This document shows positions 37,695 through 47,081 of a stretch of 64,000 nucleotides of DNA, piece after piece. Numbering within the stretch: position 1 is the stretch's first letter; each line of letters opens with the position of its first letter. The stretch is taken from the NCBI GenBank assembly GCA_964518565.1, contig CAZFGX010000001.1:588470-652469 (forward strand), given 5' to 3'. Source of the DNA: an uncultured Gammaproteobacteria bacterium (GTDB lineage Bacteria > Patescibacteriota > Microgenomatia > CAZETR01 > Amesbacteraceae). A program made the translations under genes and the position numbers. The notes under the pieces are model-generated. The model worked only from the letters and a program-made list of their open reading frames with translations. It did no database searches and was not told where the DNA came from.

Positions 37695-38489
37695 ATGAAG
37701 TTGCAAATAGTTTTCTTTGGCTCGTTTCAACACTATTCAGTCTTAGTCTTAGAACAGCTAGAAAAACACTTTGAGGTAATTGGTGTAGTCACTACTCCTC
37801 CTCGCCCTGCCGGCCGTCACCTCAAACTCACATCTACTCCAGTAGCAGATTTCGCAAACCTCCACAAACTCCCACTATTCGAACCGCCATCATTAAAAAA
37901 CATCGATCCGACTACACTTATACCTACTCGACCAGACCTTATTGTCGTCGCTGGCTACGGCAAACTTATCCCCAAAAATTGGCTAGACTTTCCTACCAAA
38001 ATGGCCATCAACATGCACCCATCCCCACTACCCAGATATGCCGGCCCCATGCCTGGCGAATGGCAAATTCTCAATGGTGAAACCCAATCCGCAATTTCAC
38101 TTATTCAAATGTCCGAACAATTTGATTCCGGCGGTATTCTCGTCCAAATCCCGTTTAATATTTCACCTACTGAAACACGCGAAACATTTTACGATCGAGC
38201 CTTTCACCTAGCCGCAGACATTCTCGTAGCTGAACTACCAAAAATAGCCTCAGGTCAGATCACTCCTCACAGCCAAAATCCAAATCCCACAGCAGCCTCT
38301 ACCTACGCCAAAAAACTCACCCGGGAAGATGGATTTGTCTCTTGGGAGGATCTAAAAAAACCAGAAATTTTAGATAAAAAACGGCGCGCCTTCTTTGGCT
38401 GGCCAGGACTGTGGTCTATCAATCCTTCTGGCAAAAGAGTTAAAATCGTCTCATTAGAACCCATAAAATTAATTGAAGAAGGCAAATAA
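37695..38489 (+). CDS. fmt: methionyl-tRNA formyltransferase
   Basis: start at MKLQIVFFGS; formyltransferase N-domain with HPSPLPRYAG and a C-terminal domain. Confidence 0.85.
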   Translation: MKLQIVFFGSFQHYSVLVLEQLEKHFEVIGVVTTPPRPAGRHLKLTSTPVADFANLHKLPLFEPPSLKNIDPTTLIPTRPDLIVVAGYGKLIPKNWLDFPTKMAINMHPSPLPRYAGPMPGEWQILNGETQSAISLIQMSEQFDSGGILVQIPFNISPTETRETFYDRAFHLAADILVAELPKIASGQITPHSQNPNPTAASTYAKKLTREDGFVSWEDLKKPEILDKKRRAFFGWPGLWSINPSGKRVKIVSLEPIKLIEEGK

Positions 38490-39550
38490 TGTCCGAGATT
38501 AACACTTCACCTGAAGTAATAAAAAATCCCTATACAGGTATCAGATTTGAACCAGCCCAACATCGCTTAATCGGCAAAGATAACTTCAGCGAACCATATT
38601 TCAATCAGGAAGTTGCCAAAAGACTGGCACTCTATCAACCGCAAGTTTTAACTATCGAAGGCTTACCTAATACTTTAGGCCTCGGAATGGATGAAGAAAA
38701 AGATATTCCATTTCTCACGCGGGTCATACCAGGACCAATCGAAACGGTCTACGGCAAACATACAGATGTATACGTCATAGCTTCTGACAACTTTGAAACT
38801 GCTGCTGCGGCATTCACTACCAGTTTAAATGATGACGCATACAGTAAAGACGCAGGAGAAAGACTAAAAAAAGAAATGTACGCCACCCTACCCGAATTTG
38901 CCACCAAACCAGCAATTTACGCGAGTGTGCTTTTAGTTGGACTAGCTATCGATAAATTCTCTACCAAAACAGAAGAAAAAATGTCTAGAAGAAATTTTCT
39001 AAAAATAGCTGGCAAAACTGTCGCAGCTGCCGGATCAGCGGCATTTCTCGCCCAATTAAGCACCCCCTTTGCTGCCACAATGACCACAACGGAAGAAAGT
39101 AGAGATCATGTGCTCAGTGCGTTAGACACCATAGATCAACTTATCCAACCCACCAAACAAAAAATAATCAATGGCAGGACTGCAGAGCAAATAGCCCAAA
39201 CCCAAGACACTATCGACCATCTCGGTTTGCCCAAAAATACCGACGCAGCCGTCATGATGGGTTTTATGCACAGCTTTAATGCCCGCCAATTACTCAACGA
39301 CCCCCAAGAACGAGATTCTGCCATTCGCGAACTGTTTAAAATCCACAAACAATCTACAATTGAAACCTGCAAACAGCTCAAACTCTCTGCTGAAGAAACC
39401 GGACTTGCCGTAAATGTTTATCTTCCCGAATTATTCAAACGTATCAATCTATTAAAAGTTTCCACCCAAAAACCCCACAAACTTACAAACATGGTTACAT
39501 TCTATAGCCCTCAAATATCTTCAGCGATTCAAACAGTTCAAGAAGTATAA
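38489..39550 (+). CDS. hypothetical protein with internal twin-arginine (SRRNFLK) motif
   Basis: 353 aa; MSRRNFLKIAGKTVAAAGSAAFLAQL at residues ~165-190. Confidence 0.5.
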   Translation: MSEINTSPEVIKNPYTGIRFEPAQHRLIGKDNFSEPYFNQEVAKRLALYQPQVLTIEGLPNTLGLGMDEEKDIPFLTRVIPGPIETVYGKHTDVYVIASDNFETAAAAFTTSLNDDAYSKDAGERLKKEMYATLPEFATKPAIYASVLLVGLAIDKFSTKTEEKMSRRNFLKIAGKTVAAAGSAAFLAQLSTPFAATMTTTEESRDHVLSALDTIDQLIQPTKQKIINGRTAEQIAQTQDTIDHLGLPKNTDAAVMMGFMHSFNARQLLNDPQERDSAIRELFKIHKQSTIETCKQLKLSAEETGLAVNVYLPELFKRINLLKVSTQKPHKLTNMVTFYSPQISSAIQTVQEV

Positions 39551-39555
39551 GTTTC

Positions 39556-39783
39556 TTACGCCGTTGCAACTTTTGCCGTCATCGTAGGCTTGTTTGCTCC
39601 CTTGAGTTTACGCAAACATTTGGTGCACAATTTTAGTCCCATCCAGGCATGCAAATTTGGCCGAAACACCTTTCGGGTGTGATGAGCACGTTTTTTCCAA
39701 CGATTACCAGCCACACCACGATGGTGAGTCCCGGTTTCACCGTACTGAACGCCTTTTTCACAATAGTCGCACATATATGCCAT
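39556..39783 (-). CDS. rpmB: 50S ribosomal protein L28 (zinc-ribbon form)
   Basis: 75 aa; GNRWKKRAHHTRKVFRPNLH matches the L28 core; CxxC...CxxC. Confidence 0.72.
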   Translation of the reverse strand: MAYMCDYCEKGVQYGETGTHHRGVAGNRWKKRAHHTRKVFRPNLHAWMGLKLCTKCLRKLKGANKPTMTAKVATA

Positions 39784-39821
39784 AGTGGGAGAATTTTAGC
39801 ATGCGATGCTAAAATAATCTA

Positions 39822-40412
39822 ATGTTAGGTTTACTCTTTAGCGATCCCTACAGCTTTATCCTGACCCTAGGTAGTCTAATCCTGGCTATCGGCCTCCACG
39901 AAGCCGCCCATTGCTACATGGCCGACCGCCTAGGCGATCCCACCCCTAGATCTATGGGCCGCCTGACACTAAATCCCATTGCCCACCTCGATCCACTCGG
40001 TACTCTGTCCATTGTTCTAACTGGCATGTTTGGCTGGGGCAAATCTGCTCCGTTTGACCCTTACAACCTCCGTAACCCAAATCGAGATATTCGCCTCATC
40101 GCCTTAGCTGGACCAGCCACCAACCTCTTATTGGCCATCATAGGTGCAATCATATTTCACCTGATTCCCACACCTACACCAGTCGCCAATATCATAGTGA
40201 TGTTCATGGCACTAAATATAAATTTGGCTCTATTCAATTTATTACCCATCCCTCCGCTCGATGGCTCAAAAATCTTTTTCCCAAAAACCGCCACCCAGCC
40301 TCGAAATTATCAAACTACATATATACTCCTCGTTATTCTCATCATGACTGGGATCGTCGGCCAGATTATCAGCCCAATTTCCCAAACCATACTTCATCTC
40401 TTACTCGGCTAA
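39822..40412 (+). CDS. M50-family (site-2 protease-like) zinc metalloprotease
   Basis: 196 aa; HEAAH in the first TM, polytopic. Confidence 0.68.
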   Translation: MLGLLFSDPYSFILTLGSLILAIGLHEAAHCYMADRLGDPTPRSMGRLTLNPIAHLDPLGTLSIVLTGMFGWGKSAPFDPYNLRNPNRDIRLIALAGPATNLLLAIIGAIIFHLIPTPTPVANIIVMFMALNINLALFNLLPIPPLDGSKIFFPKTATQPRNYQTTYILLVILIMTGIVGQIISPISQTILHLLLG

Positions 40413-40413
40413 T

Positions 40414-40596
40414 ATGACTACCAAAGAAGCATATGTTCATGTAAAACCCCAACAGAGTGAAGACATGCTTACGCAAAAGCAAATCTTGCAAAACATGCTA
40501 GAGATCATCAACAACCCTCAATCTCCCAAATGGGCCGTCGATGCCGCCTTCGAACGCATCAGATCCATTAGATCTAAACCTGGCTCTCGTGCTTGA
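40414..40596 (+). CDS. small hypothetical protein
   Basis: 60 aa ORF immediately after the M50 gene. Confidence 0.3.
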   Translation: MTTKEAYVHVKPQQSEDMLTQKQILQNMLEIINNPQSPKWAVDAAFERIRSIRSKPGSRA

Positions 40597-40600
40597 CGAA

Positions 40601-40610
40601 TTGGTATAAT
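40601..40610 (+). promoter_or_regulatory. extended -10 promoter (TGGTATAAT)
   Basis: seen directly; precedes a ~190-nt non-coding stretch ending in a terminator. Confidence 0.45.
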
Positions 40611-40614
40611 AGAG

Positions 40615-40802
40615 TTGTCCTACCGTAAAGGATAGTGGAGAAATTTTCCTTAACTATTTTTTCCTATAGGGCTTGCACAATTTTGTTGTAGTCCTCGTAC
40701 TACAACAAACAATTTCGTCTTAGTTTCTTTGACGAAAAAGCTCGCCCACCTTTTCGAAGGCTTAGGGAAAAACCTTCACGCCTCAAACGGCGGGACACCA
40801 AA
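40615..40802 (+). ncRNA. candidate structured small RNA (unclassified)
   Basis: no ORF; internal perfect 8-bp hairpin GTTGTAGT-CCTCGT-ACTACAAC; bounded by the promoter and an intrinsic terminator. Confidence 0.3.
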
Positions 40803-40829
40803 AATCCCCACGTTAGTGGGGATTTTTTG
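40803..40829 (+). terminator. intrinsic terminator
   Basis: ATCCCCAC-GTTA-GTGGGGAT followed by TTTTTTG. Confidence 0.7.
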
Positions 40830-40844
40830 TTAAAATAAGTCAGT

Positions 40845-40919
40845 GCCATCTTAGCTCAGCGGCAGAGCAGCTGTTTTGTAAACAGCAGGTCCTCGGTTCG
40901 AATCCGAGAGATGGCTCCA
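40845..40919 (+). tRNA. tRNA-Thr (anticodon UGU), CCA encoded
   Basis: cloverleaf read by hand: acceptor GCCATCT/AGATGGC, anticodon loop TTTGTAA, T-loop TTCGAAT. Confidence 0.88.
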
Positions 40920-40926
40920 AAAAAAA

Positions 40927-42972
40927 CTAGTAGCTCAAAACAATTCTCGGCCGATTTGTCACCACCGCTTCTGAAGAAGAAATGTTCATACCATCAGCCC
41001 GAGGCGAATCTATAGCCAAAGTAAATACAGTACCAATATTCGACTTCACAAATGAAGTAATATCCAATTGTATCCATTGATTCGCCACTCCTCCACCAGA
41101 ATTTGTCGCCAAAATCGTACCCAAATCTGGCCTATTGGCAAATGTCAGTGTTTCTTCAGTCCAAGATGTGTTCGCGACTTGACGAACACGCTGTGGACTA
41201 ACTGAAGGCGCATCTTTACTCGCTGTAATCTTAAAACGTAATTTTGCCGAAGAAATATTCTTACCCAAATAGCCTCGAGTATCAAACTTCATATATGTAA
41301 TTTTTGTCGGATCTCCATCTATAAATAATTCTGTAACGTTTGCATGGGTGATATTTGGATACACTGCGGTGACATAAGAATCTTCTACTGGCACAACCTC
41401 AGCGCCTTGAGTTGACGGAACTGGAGTAGTAATAACCGTAGGTACCACCGTCGATGTTGGCATCACAGAAGGTTGAATAGTAGCCGTAACAACCGGGAGT
41501 GTACAATTTGATCCATTATTTACTGGAACACAATTGAGATTGTTTGCAAATACGAGACTATCCAATTTCAGCCCATTTTCTTTTCCAACCACTCGAATAC
41601 TGTGAGTTCCAGCACTCAAGGTTTGCAAAATTCGCGAGCCTGTCTGGCCATTCATATAATCCACCCACACCCATGAATTTGTTGCCATAGTTGCAAGATC
41701 CCCCACCAAAATCGGACAACCCGAATCTATTTGTAAATAATAGGCATTGGATGTAGAAGATCCTGCCATCATTCGGCTCCAAACCACATACTGGCCAGTA
41801 GAAGCAATAGATACACTCCCTGTTGCGACTCCAAAGGTGGTGGGAATGGCAGCACAAGTAGATAGAGTTGGCGTAGGCGTATTCGGCTGAGGAGTATTGG
41901 TGGGTTGACCAGGAATAGGAGTAGCTGTAGGTATAGGTGTAGGAGTATTTGTAGGCCGAATAGTATTAGTTGGTACAATAGTTGGAGTATTGGTCGCTAC
42001 AGGTACAGGAGTAATGTTTGGATCATTCGTAATAGTAAACGAGTCAACAAGTCCTCCTCCGCCCACATTTATATAGCTATAAGCTATTTGTGAAGGTGAA
42101 ACAATAAATTTTCCCCATCCATAATTTGAACTCACATTTGTGGATTTTTCAAAATATGGATATTCAGAATCTGTAGTATTCAAACCACGAAACCCTTGTC
42201 CACCAGTACCCAGTACATCAATTACCAACCCTTGACCTTGTATAAAATTTCCTCCTGCGGCACTCACGCAACTAGCCACATATGTCCCTGCAGTCGCACA
42301 AGATAACTGCTTTGATCTTTCATACCCATGCTCATGACCTTGTAGCACTAGATCTACTTTTTTATTGAACAACAATGTCATAAATGGTGTCCCTACTTCA
42401 TTCCCCTTTTCCATTACCGAAATATAATTCTTATGCATTCCAACCACGACCCACTTAATACCACGAGCCCTCGCATCATCAATAGCATTTGAAGTAAATG
42501 TGTAACCAGTACCACCAACAGCATAGCTAATTGCACCAGATCCATACGATCCGCCTACTCCCGGTCTTACCATTACAAATCTAGCAATTGGGTTATTAAC
42601 CGGGTAATCAAAATAATAATTATGTCCATACGTACCAACAATATTCACACCAGCCCTCGGACAATTAGCTATATATGTCTCAATATTTCCCGAGCTACTT
42701 TCACCAGAATCATGATTTCCTGTCACTAGTAATAAATTTGTGAATGTCCCCCATTTGCTACACCAGTTTTGTTCAGCAGTGGTATAAGCCAAATCACCCA
42801 AGGCCAAAAATAAATTTGGATTTTGCTGTCTGATACTATTTGTCACATTTCCAAAATTTGATCCATTTGCAAAGTCCCCCGCAGCCCCAAAACTAAAACT
42901 AGTCGATTGAGCAAATACCTTGTCACCAAAAAACAAGCTCATAAAAAACAGAAGTGTAAAGTATTTTTTCAT
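40927..42972 (-). CDS. secreted calcineurin-like metallophosphoesterase with Thr/Pro linker and C-terminal domain
   Basis: 681 aa; signal peptide; GDLAYT, GNHD and GHEH phosphoesterase motifs; PTNTPTPIPTATPIPGQPTNTPQPNTPTPT linker. Confidence 0.7.
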   Translation of the reverse strand: MKKYFTLLFFMSLFFGDKVFAQSTSFSFGAAGDFANGSNFGNVTNSIRQQNPNLFLALGDLAYTTAEQNWCSKWGTFTNLLLVTGNHDSGESSSGNIETYIANCPRAGVNIVGTYGHNYYFDYPVNNPIARFVMVRPGVGGSYGSGAISYAVGGTGYTFTSNAIDDARARGIKWVVVGMHKNYISVMEKGNEVGTPFMTLLFNKKVDLVLQGHEHGYERSKQLSCATAGTYVASCVSAAGGNFIQGQGLVIDVLGTGGQGFRGLNTTDSEYPYFEKSTNVSSNYGWGKFIVSPSQIAYSYINVGGGGLVDSFTITNDPNITPVPVATNTPTIVPTNTIRPTNTPTPIPTATPIPGQPTNTPQPNTPTPTLSTCAAIPTTFGVATGSVSIASTGQYVVWSRMMAGSSTSNAYYLQIDSGCPILVGDLATMATNSWVWVDYMNGQTGSRILQTLSAGTHSIRVVGKENGLKLDSLVFANNLNCVPVNNGSNCTLPVVTATIQPSVMPTSTVVPTVITTPVPSTQGAEVVPVEDSYVTAVYPNITHANVTELFIDGDPTKITYMKFDTRGYLGKNISSAKLRFKITASKDAPSVSPQRVRQVANTSWTEETLTFANRPDLGTILATNSGGGVANQWIQLDITSFVKSNIGTVFTLAIDSPRADGMNISSSEAVVTNRPRIVLSY

Positions 42973-42974
42973 AT

Positions 42975-43475
42975 TTATTTAGTTTGCTGTAAATCAATCA
43001 CAACTTCAACTGTATCTTCCTCTACTTCTATCCCTACATACCCGCTCAACATGCCCTTAGAGATATGAATAATTTGTTCAGATGTAGCAGTCTTGTCATT
43101 TGGAGCTTCGACTCTCCACCCCAGCTTTGTAAGCTCCTCTTCATACCATGCTTCCAATTGCATTACAGTTCTTTTTGTTGTAACCCACTTAGCATAATAA
43201 TCTCCACTCGTATATGCCGGCATTATTCGTTTGCGTGATTCGCGCAGCTCCAAAGTTTCTGCCACTGGAACCATTGGAAACCCTTCGACTATTTGTGTTT
43301 CACTCTCCACTGTGTTTTGTTCATCATTCACAGGCACCTCTTGTGTCATAAATTTACTTTTTGATGAATTATCAGATACTGATTGTTTTACCCCCATATT
43401 CAACTTCCAGACCAAAACAGACACCAAAATTACTGCAAAAGCTGTCCCAACTATAGTCAAAATTTTGTGTTTCAT
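42975..43475 (-). CDS. membrane-anchored hypothetical protein
   Basis: 166 aa, N-terminal TM. Confidence 0.45.
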   Translation of the reverse strand: MKHKILTIVGTAFAVILVSVLVWKLNMGVKQSVSDNSSKSKFMTQEVPVNDEQNTVESETQIVEGFPMVPVAETLELRESRKRIMPAYTSGDYYAKWVTTKRTVMQLEAWYEEELTKLGWRVEAPNDKTATSEQIIHISKGMLSGYVGIEVEEDTVEVVIDLQQTK

Positions 43476-44743
43476 TGTTCTAAAGGTGGCAAGGTATTTC
43501 GTAATATATCAATATACAAATTAGAGTTTTGTACGCCGTATGCAGCAGGCGCCGAAGTATCAAGTTCATCTTTACCAGTTGCTGAATTGAATTTGACTTT
43601 TTGTGCCGGCTCTACACCAGATCCTTCACCCCATTCATTCCACGTTTCTACGAGCCTCCATGTCGCAGACGAAGCATTCATTTGATTCACAGCTGAGGTA
43701 AATGCCGCACTATCACGTGCCAACCGCTCCGCAGAACCAGGATTATCCAACCAAAATCCTGGAGACACAGAAAAAGAATACTTTCCTTGATTATCAGTTC
43801 TGACCGCAGGAGCATATTGATGCCAAGAATCAGGCTGATCTGCATCAGATATATATCCAGAATGAACTTTTAAGACTGTATAAAAAGCATTTCCAACCTG
43901 AGCGTTCGCCTGTGCCCATCGCGTACTAGTCGCAGCTGATTCCTGCCCCCCATACACGAAAATCACTGGTTTTCCATTCACTCGCAGATAATACGGACTG
44001 GAAGCATAATCTGATTTTATGTGATTCAAATCCGCCACCAACGTAGATACGGCTGGATCAGCAAATCCTTCATCTTCATAGTACACTGCCCAACGTAAAT
44101 TTGGATACGGATTGTCTGATCTAGCCATAAAATCTTTCAAAATATGTGACAAGGCCACATCTTCTTTAGTTCCTGGCCCCCACCAAGACGCAATTGCTGC
44201 TTCTAGTTTTGCTTCTTTCATTTTTGCCACCTGCCATTTGAAATTTGTGTAGTCATTGGCCGAATACAGCTCCCCCGCTGGATCAAATGCCGCAGTATTC
44301 GAATCCGGTAAATAATGCGAAAACCAGGTGTTTGGAGGCGAACCTGCATCCACATGTGGATCACTCCAATAACTATATGCCCCATCAGTTTTTGGATTTT
44401 TGTACCACATATAATAAAAGGTTGCATAATATGGAGCCATCGGTTGGAAAGAAGTATTTGTAGGTGATAGCGTCGCGGAAGGCACAGTTGTATTAGTAGC
44501 GATTGAACCAAACTGGATATATTTTCCGTCAGACGCTGAAGCATCAGCTACGATTTGAGCTCCTGCCACATTTGCCGTTTCTGGCTCAAATTGATTCTGT
44601 GCGGCCGCTGCGTAAACACTCCTGTTTGTCAAAATCGTCACAATCGCAGATTGATTAAAGCTAATAAATAAAAAAGCACCCAAAAATGCTACATACAGAG
44701 CAAGCCTACCTGTTCCTGCATAAAAAATTTTATCCCTGTTCAC
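43472..44743 (-). CDS. secreted glycoside-hydrolase-like protein (GH99-like WNEWGEG motif)
   Basis: 423 aa; N-terminal TM; ETWNEWGEGS resembles the conserved WNEW(H)EG of GH99-type TIM-barrel hydrolases. Confidence 0.5.
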   Translation of the reverse strand: MNRDKIFYAGTGRLALYVAFLGAFLFISFNQSAIVTILTNRSVYAAAAQNQFEPETANVAGAQIVADASASDGKYIQFGSIATNTTVPSATLSPTNTSFQPMAPYYATFYYMWYKNPKTDGAYSYWSDPHVDAGSPPNTWFSHYLPDSNTAAFDPAGELYSANDYTNFKWQVAKMKEAKLEAAIASWWGPGTKEDVALSHILKDFMARSDNPYPNLRWAVYYEDEGFADPAVSTLVADLNHIKSDYASSPYYLRVNGKPVIFVYGGQESAATSTRWAQANAQVGNAFYTVLKVHSGYISDADQPDSWHQYAPAVRTDNQGKYSFSVSPGFWLDNPGSAERLARDSAAFTSAVNQMNASSATWRLVETWNEWGEGSGVEPAQKVKFNSATGKDELDTSAPAAYGVQNSNLYIDILRNTLPPLEQ

Positions 44744-44794
44744 CTATCTATCCTGCTGCCAAAAATTAGCGCTGTCAATATGCTACGATAAATT

Positions 44795-46390
44795 ATGGCC
44801 AGATTACCGGTAGTTGGGAGTGACGATGGAAATTGGGGTTCGATATTAAACACATTTTTAGGAGTCGCTCACAACTCAGACGGCACACTCACTAGCAATG
44901 GAACAGTATTCGTAGTCGCTTCTGACGGACCTACTACGTTTCAAAATGTCGCTACATACAACTGTGACGGCACTGCCGACGACGTCCAAATCCAGGCAGC
45001 CATAGACAGTCTACCTTCTACTGGAGGCAGCATCATGCTTAGTCGTGGCACATTCAACATAGCCGCTCGAATAGACCTAGGCACAAAAACCAATATCGAT
45101 ATTTGCGGCGAAGGCTGGAGTACGGTTATCAAACTCACTGCCAATACTGATACTCAACTTATTGGTTCATCAGGAGCATGCGCTCGAATCACTATTAGAA
45201 ATATTGCCTTTGACGGTAATCGTTCAAACCAATCTACCGGCACCACTCGTCAAGCTATTCGTTTCACTTCCAGTAGCGCCCAAGACATCAAACTACAAAA
45301 TCTATATATCCATGACACATACAATCACGGCATCAGTATTTCTTGTCTCAAAGTTCATATCACCAACTGCACAATCGCTTCTTGTGGACTAGGTGTTTCA
45401 CCTGGCGACGGAGGCATAATTCTCAATTCCCCTTCAGACAGTTGCATAGTGTCAGGTTGTGAAATAAGAAGTTGTGGTGGAGACGGTATCTCAAATCAGG
45501 GCACTCGTCACAATATCGTCAACAACAAATCTCACGACAACCAGGACACTGGCATAAATCTGGCTGGTGGTGGTCATATTGTCATCGGCAACGAAGTCTA
45601 CCTGAATTACAACTCTGGCATAAACACCGGTTCAGGAGACAATTTGGTCATTTGTTACAACATCTGCTATGCGAATGGTCGCAACACTGGCGCCAATCCT
45701 TCAAACGCCGGCATCCGTGTCCGGGACAGCACTAGCGTTGTCGACACTTCTACAGATGTGATTGTCATGGGCAATCGCTGTTATGACGACACATCTACCT
45801 ACGCACTAGGCGGTTCCAGCGGCCAACTCTATGGCATCGAGATCATGCATGGTGCAGTCGGTGGCGCCAGCTCACCTGACTATCTAGTCATCACTGGCAA
45901 CGATGTCCGCAGCAATCTAACTACAAATATTTATCGCAACAATGTCGGCTACAATGTCTTGATCTCCAACAATTTAGGCGACGACTCCAGCCCCAGACTG
46001 GTCACTGAAACATTTTCCATGATTACCCCTGGTGCCACAGCTATCACCTGGACATCCATGCCCTCCTCTCAAACCGAGTTCAATGGTGCTACGAGAAATA
46101 GAATCAAAGTAGATCTGACTGGTGCAAACCAAATTCGACTCGTGGCCAAAATCATTGTTGTCGGCGCTACTGGCTCCAAACTACGTCTCCAATACTCCAC
46201 CAACGAAAGTTCCTGGACAGATGTCAGCACTTCAGGCGACGTGGCCTGCGATGCTGTAGCTACCACCGCCGGCTCCTGGGTCTCTATTCCCGACGCTGCC
46301 AAAACCGATATCTACCTACGCATCTCAGGACTATCTGGCGACGGCGCCACCTCTCCCCAATTTGGTCTAGCTACAGTTCAAGTCAGATAA
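44795..46390 (+). CDS. right-handed parallel beta-helix (pectate-lyase/tailspike-like) protein
   Basis: 531 aa; repeated (S/N)xCxIxxCGxxGIS-type PbH1 coils; no signal peptide. Confidence 0.62.
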   Translation: MARLPVVGSDDGNWGSILNTFLGVAHNSDGTLTSNGTVFVVASDGPTTFQNVATYNCDGTADDVQIQAAIDSLPSTGGSIMLSRGTFNIAARIDLGTKTNIDICGEGWSTVIKLTANTDTQLIGSSGACARITIRNIAFDGNRSNQSTGTTRQAIRFTSSSAQDIKLQNLYIHDTYNHGISISCLKVHITNCTIASCGLGVSPGDGGIILNSPSDSCIVSGCEIRSCGGDGISNQGTRHNIVNNKSHDNQDTGINLAGGGHIVIGNEVYLNYNSGINTGSGDNLVICYNICYANGRNTGANPSNAGIRVRDSTSVVDTSTDVIVMGNRCYDDTSTYALGGSSGQLYGIEIMHGAVGGASSPDYLVITGNDVRSNLTTNIYRNNVGYNVLISNNLGDDSSPRLVTETFSMITPGATAITWTSMPSSQTEFNGATRNRIKVDLTGANQIRLVAKIIVVGATGSKLRLQYSTNESSWTDVSTSGDVACDAVATTAGSWVSIPDAAKTDIYLRISGLSGDGATSPQFGLATVQVR

Positions 46391-46393
46391 TTG

Positions 46394-46399
46394 TATAAT
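46394..46399 (+). promoter_or_regulatory. -10 box TATAAT upstream of tRNA-Tyr
   Basis: TTGTATAAT lies 11 nt before the tRNA 5' end. Confidence 0.4.
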
Positions 46400-46409
46400 C
46401 ACTAGTATT

Positions 46410-46491
46410 GCTGGGATACCGAAGCGGTCAAACGGGCCTGACTGTAAATCAGGTGGCTACGCCTTCGAAGGTTCGAGTCCTTCTCCCAGCA
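46410..46491 (+). tRNA. tRNA-Tyr (anticodon GUA), long variable arm, no encoded CCA
   Basis: hand fold: acceptor GCTGGGA/TCCCAGC, anticodon loop CTGTAAA, 13-nt variable arm, T-loop TTCGAGT. Confidence 0.85.
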
Positions 46492-46588
46492 CAAATCCTT
46501 CAGTCTCAAATCTATATGCTATAATCACTATAGGATATTTAAACACTGCGTTTAAATTCAGTCTAGTACTTTAATAGTTGGAGGTATT

Positions 46589-47077
46589 ATGTCAGCTACA
46601 AATCGTGTAGGTATTCCATTGCAAGAATGGGTAAATAACAATAATCCTTCAGAGGATCTGTATGCAAAAGGAGGCTTCTGGCGTCAAATCTATTTTGTCA
46701 GAGACGAACTCCCTTCTGCCCTTTCCAAAAATTACGATGAATACGTTGCAATCAAAGAAGAAACTCTTGTGATCTCTCACCACTGGTCAAAATCTGTACG
46801 CTTACCAGTGTATCGCCTAACGCTAAAAGATGGCACTACTCTGGTGATGCGCTGCAATTTTTCCGATTGGAAAGTTTCAGTAAATTCTCAAAGAGAAATT
46901 CGCATCAACTTTCTGAATCTATTCGACTCCACACCAGTAGTCCATCATGTCTACTGTGAAGGATTTCCCAAAGAATTAGTATTTGGCTCCTACTTACATA
47001 GCGGGAGGCAGTTCACATTCGAGATAACCACAAATTACAAACTGTTCACCTTTTGCTGGTTACTCACCCACAGTTAA
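46589..47077 (+). CDS. hypothetical protein
   Basis: 162 aa; GGAGG SD. Confidence 0.45.
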   Translation: MSATNRVGIPLQEWVNNNNPSEDLYAKGGFWRQIYFVRDELPSALSKNYDEYVAIKEETLVISHHWSKSVRLPVYRLTLKDGTTLVMRCNFSDWKVSVNSQREIRINFLNLFDSTPVVHHVYCEGFPKELVFGSYLHSGRQFTFEITTNYKLFTFCWLLTHS

Positions 47078-47081
47078 ACCT

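Noticed and set aside
40593-40610. TTGACG as a -35 box for the candidate ncRNA promoter
   Set aside because: It is only 6 nt from the TATAAT hexamer. The promoter call rests on the extended -10 (TGGTATAAT) alone.
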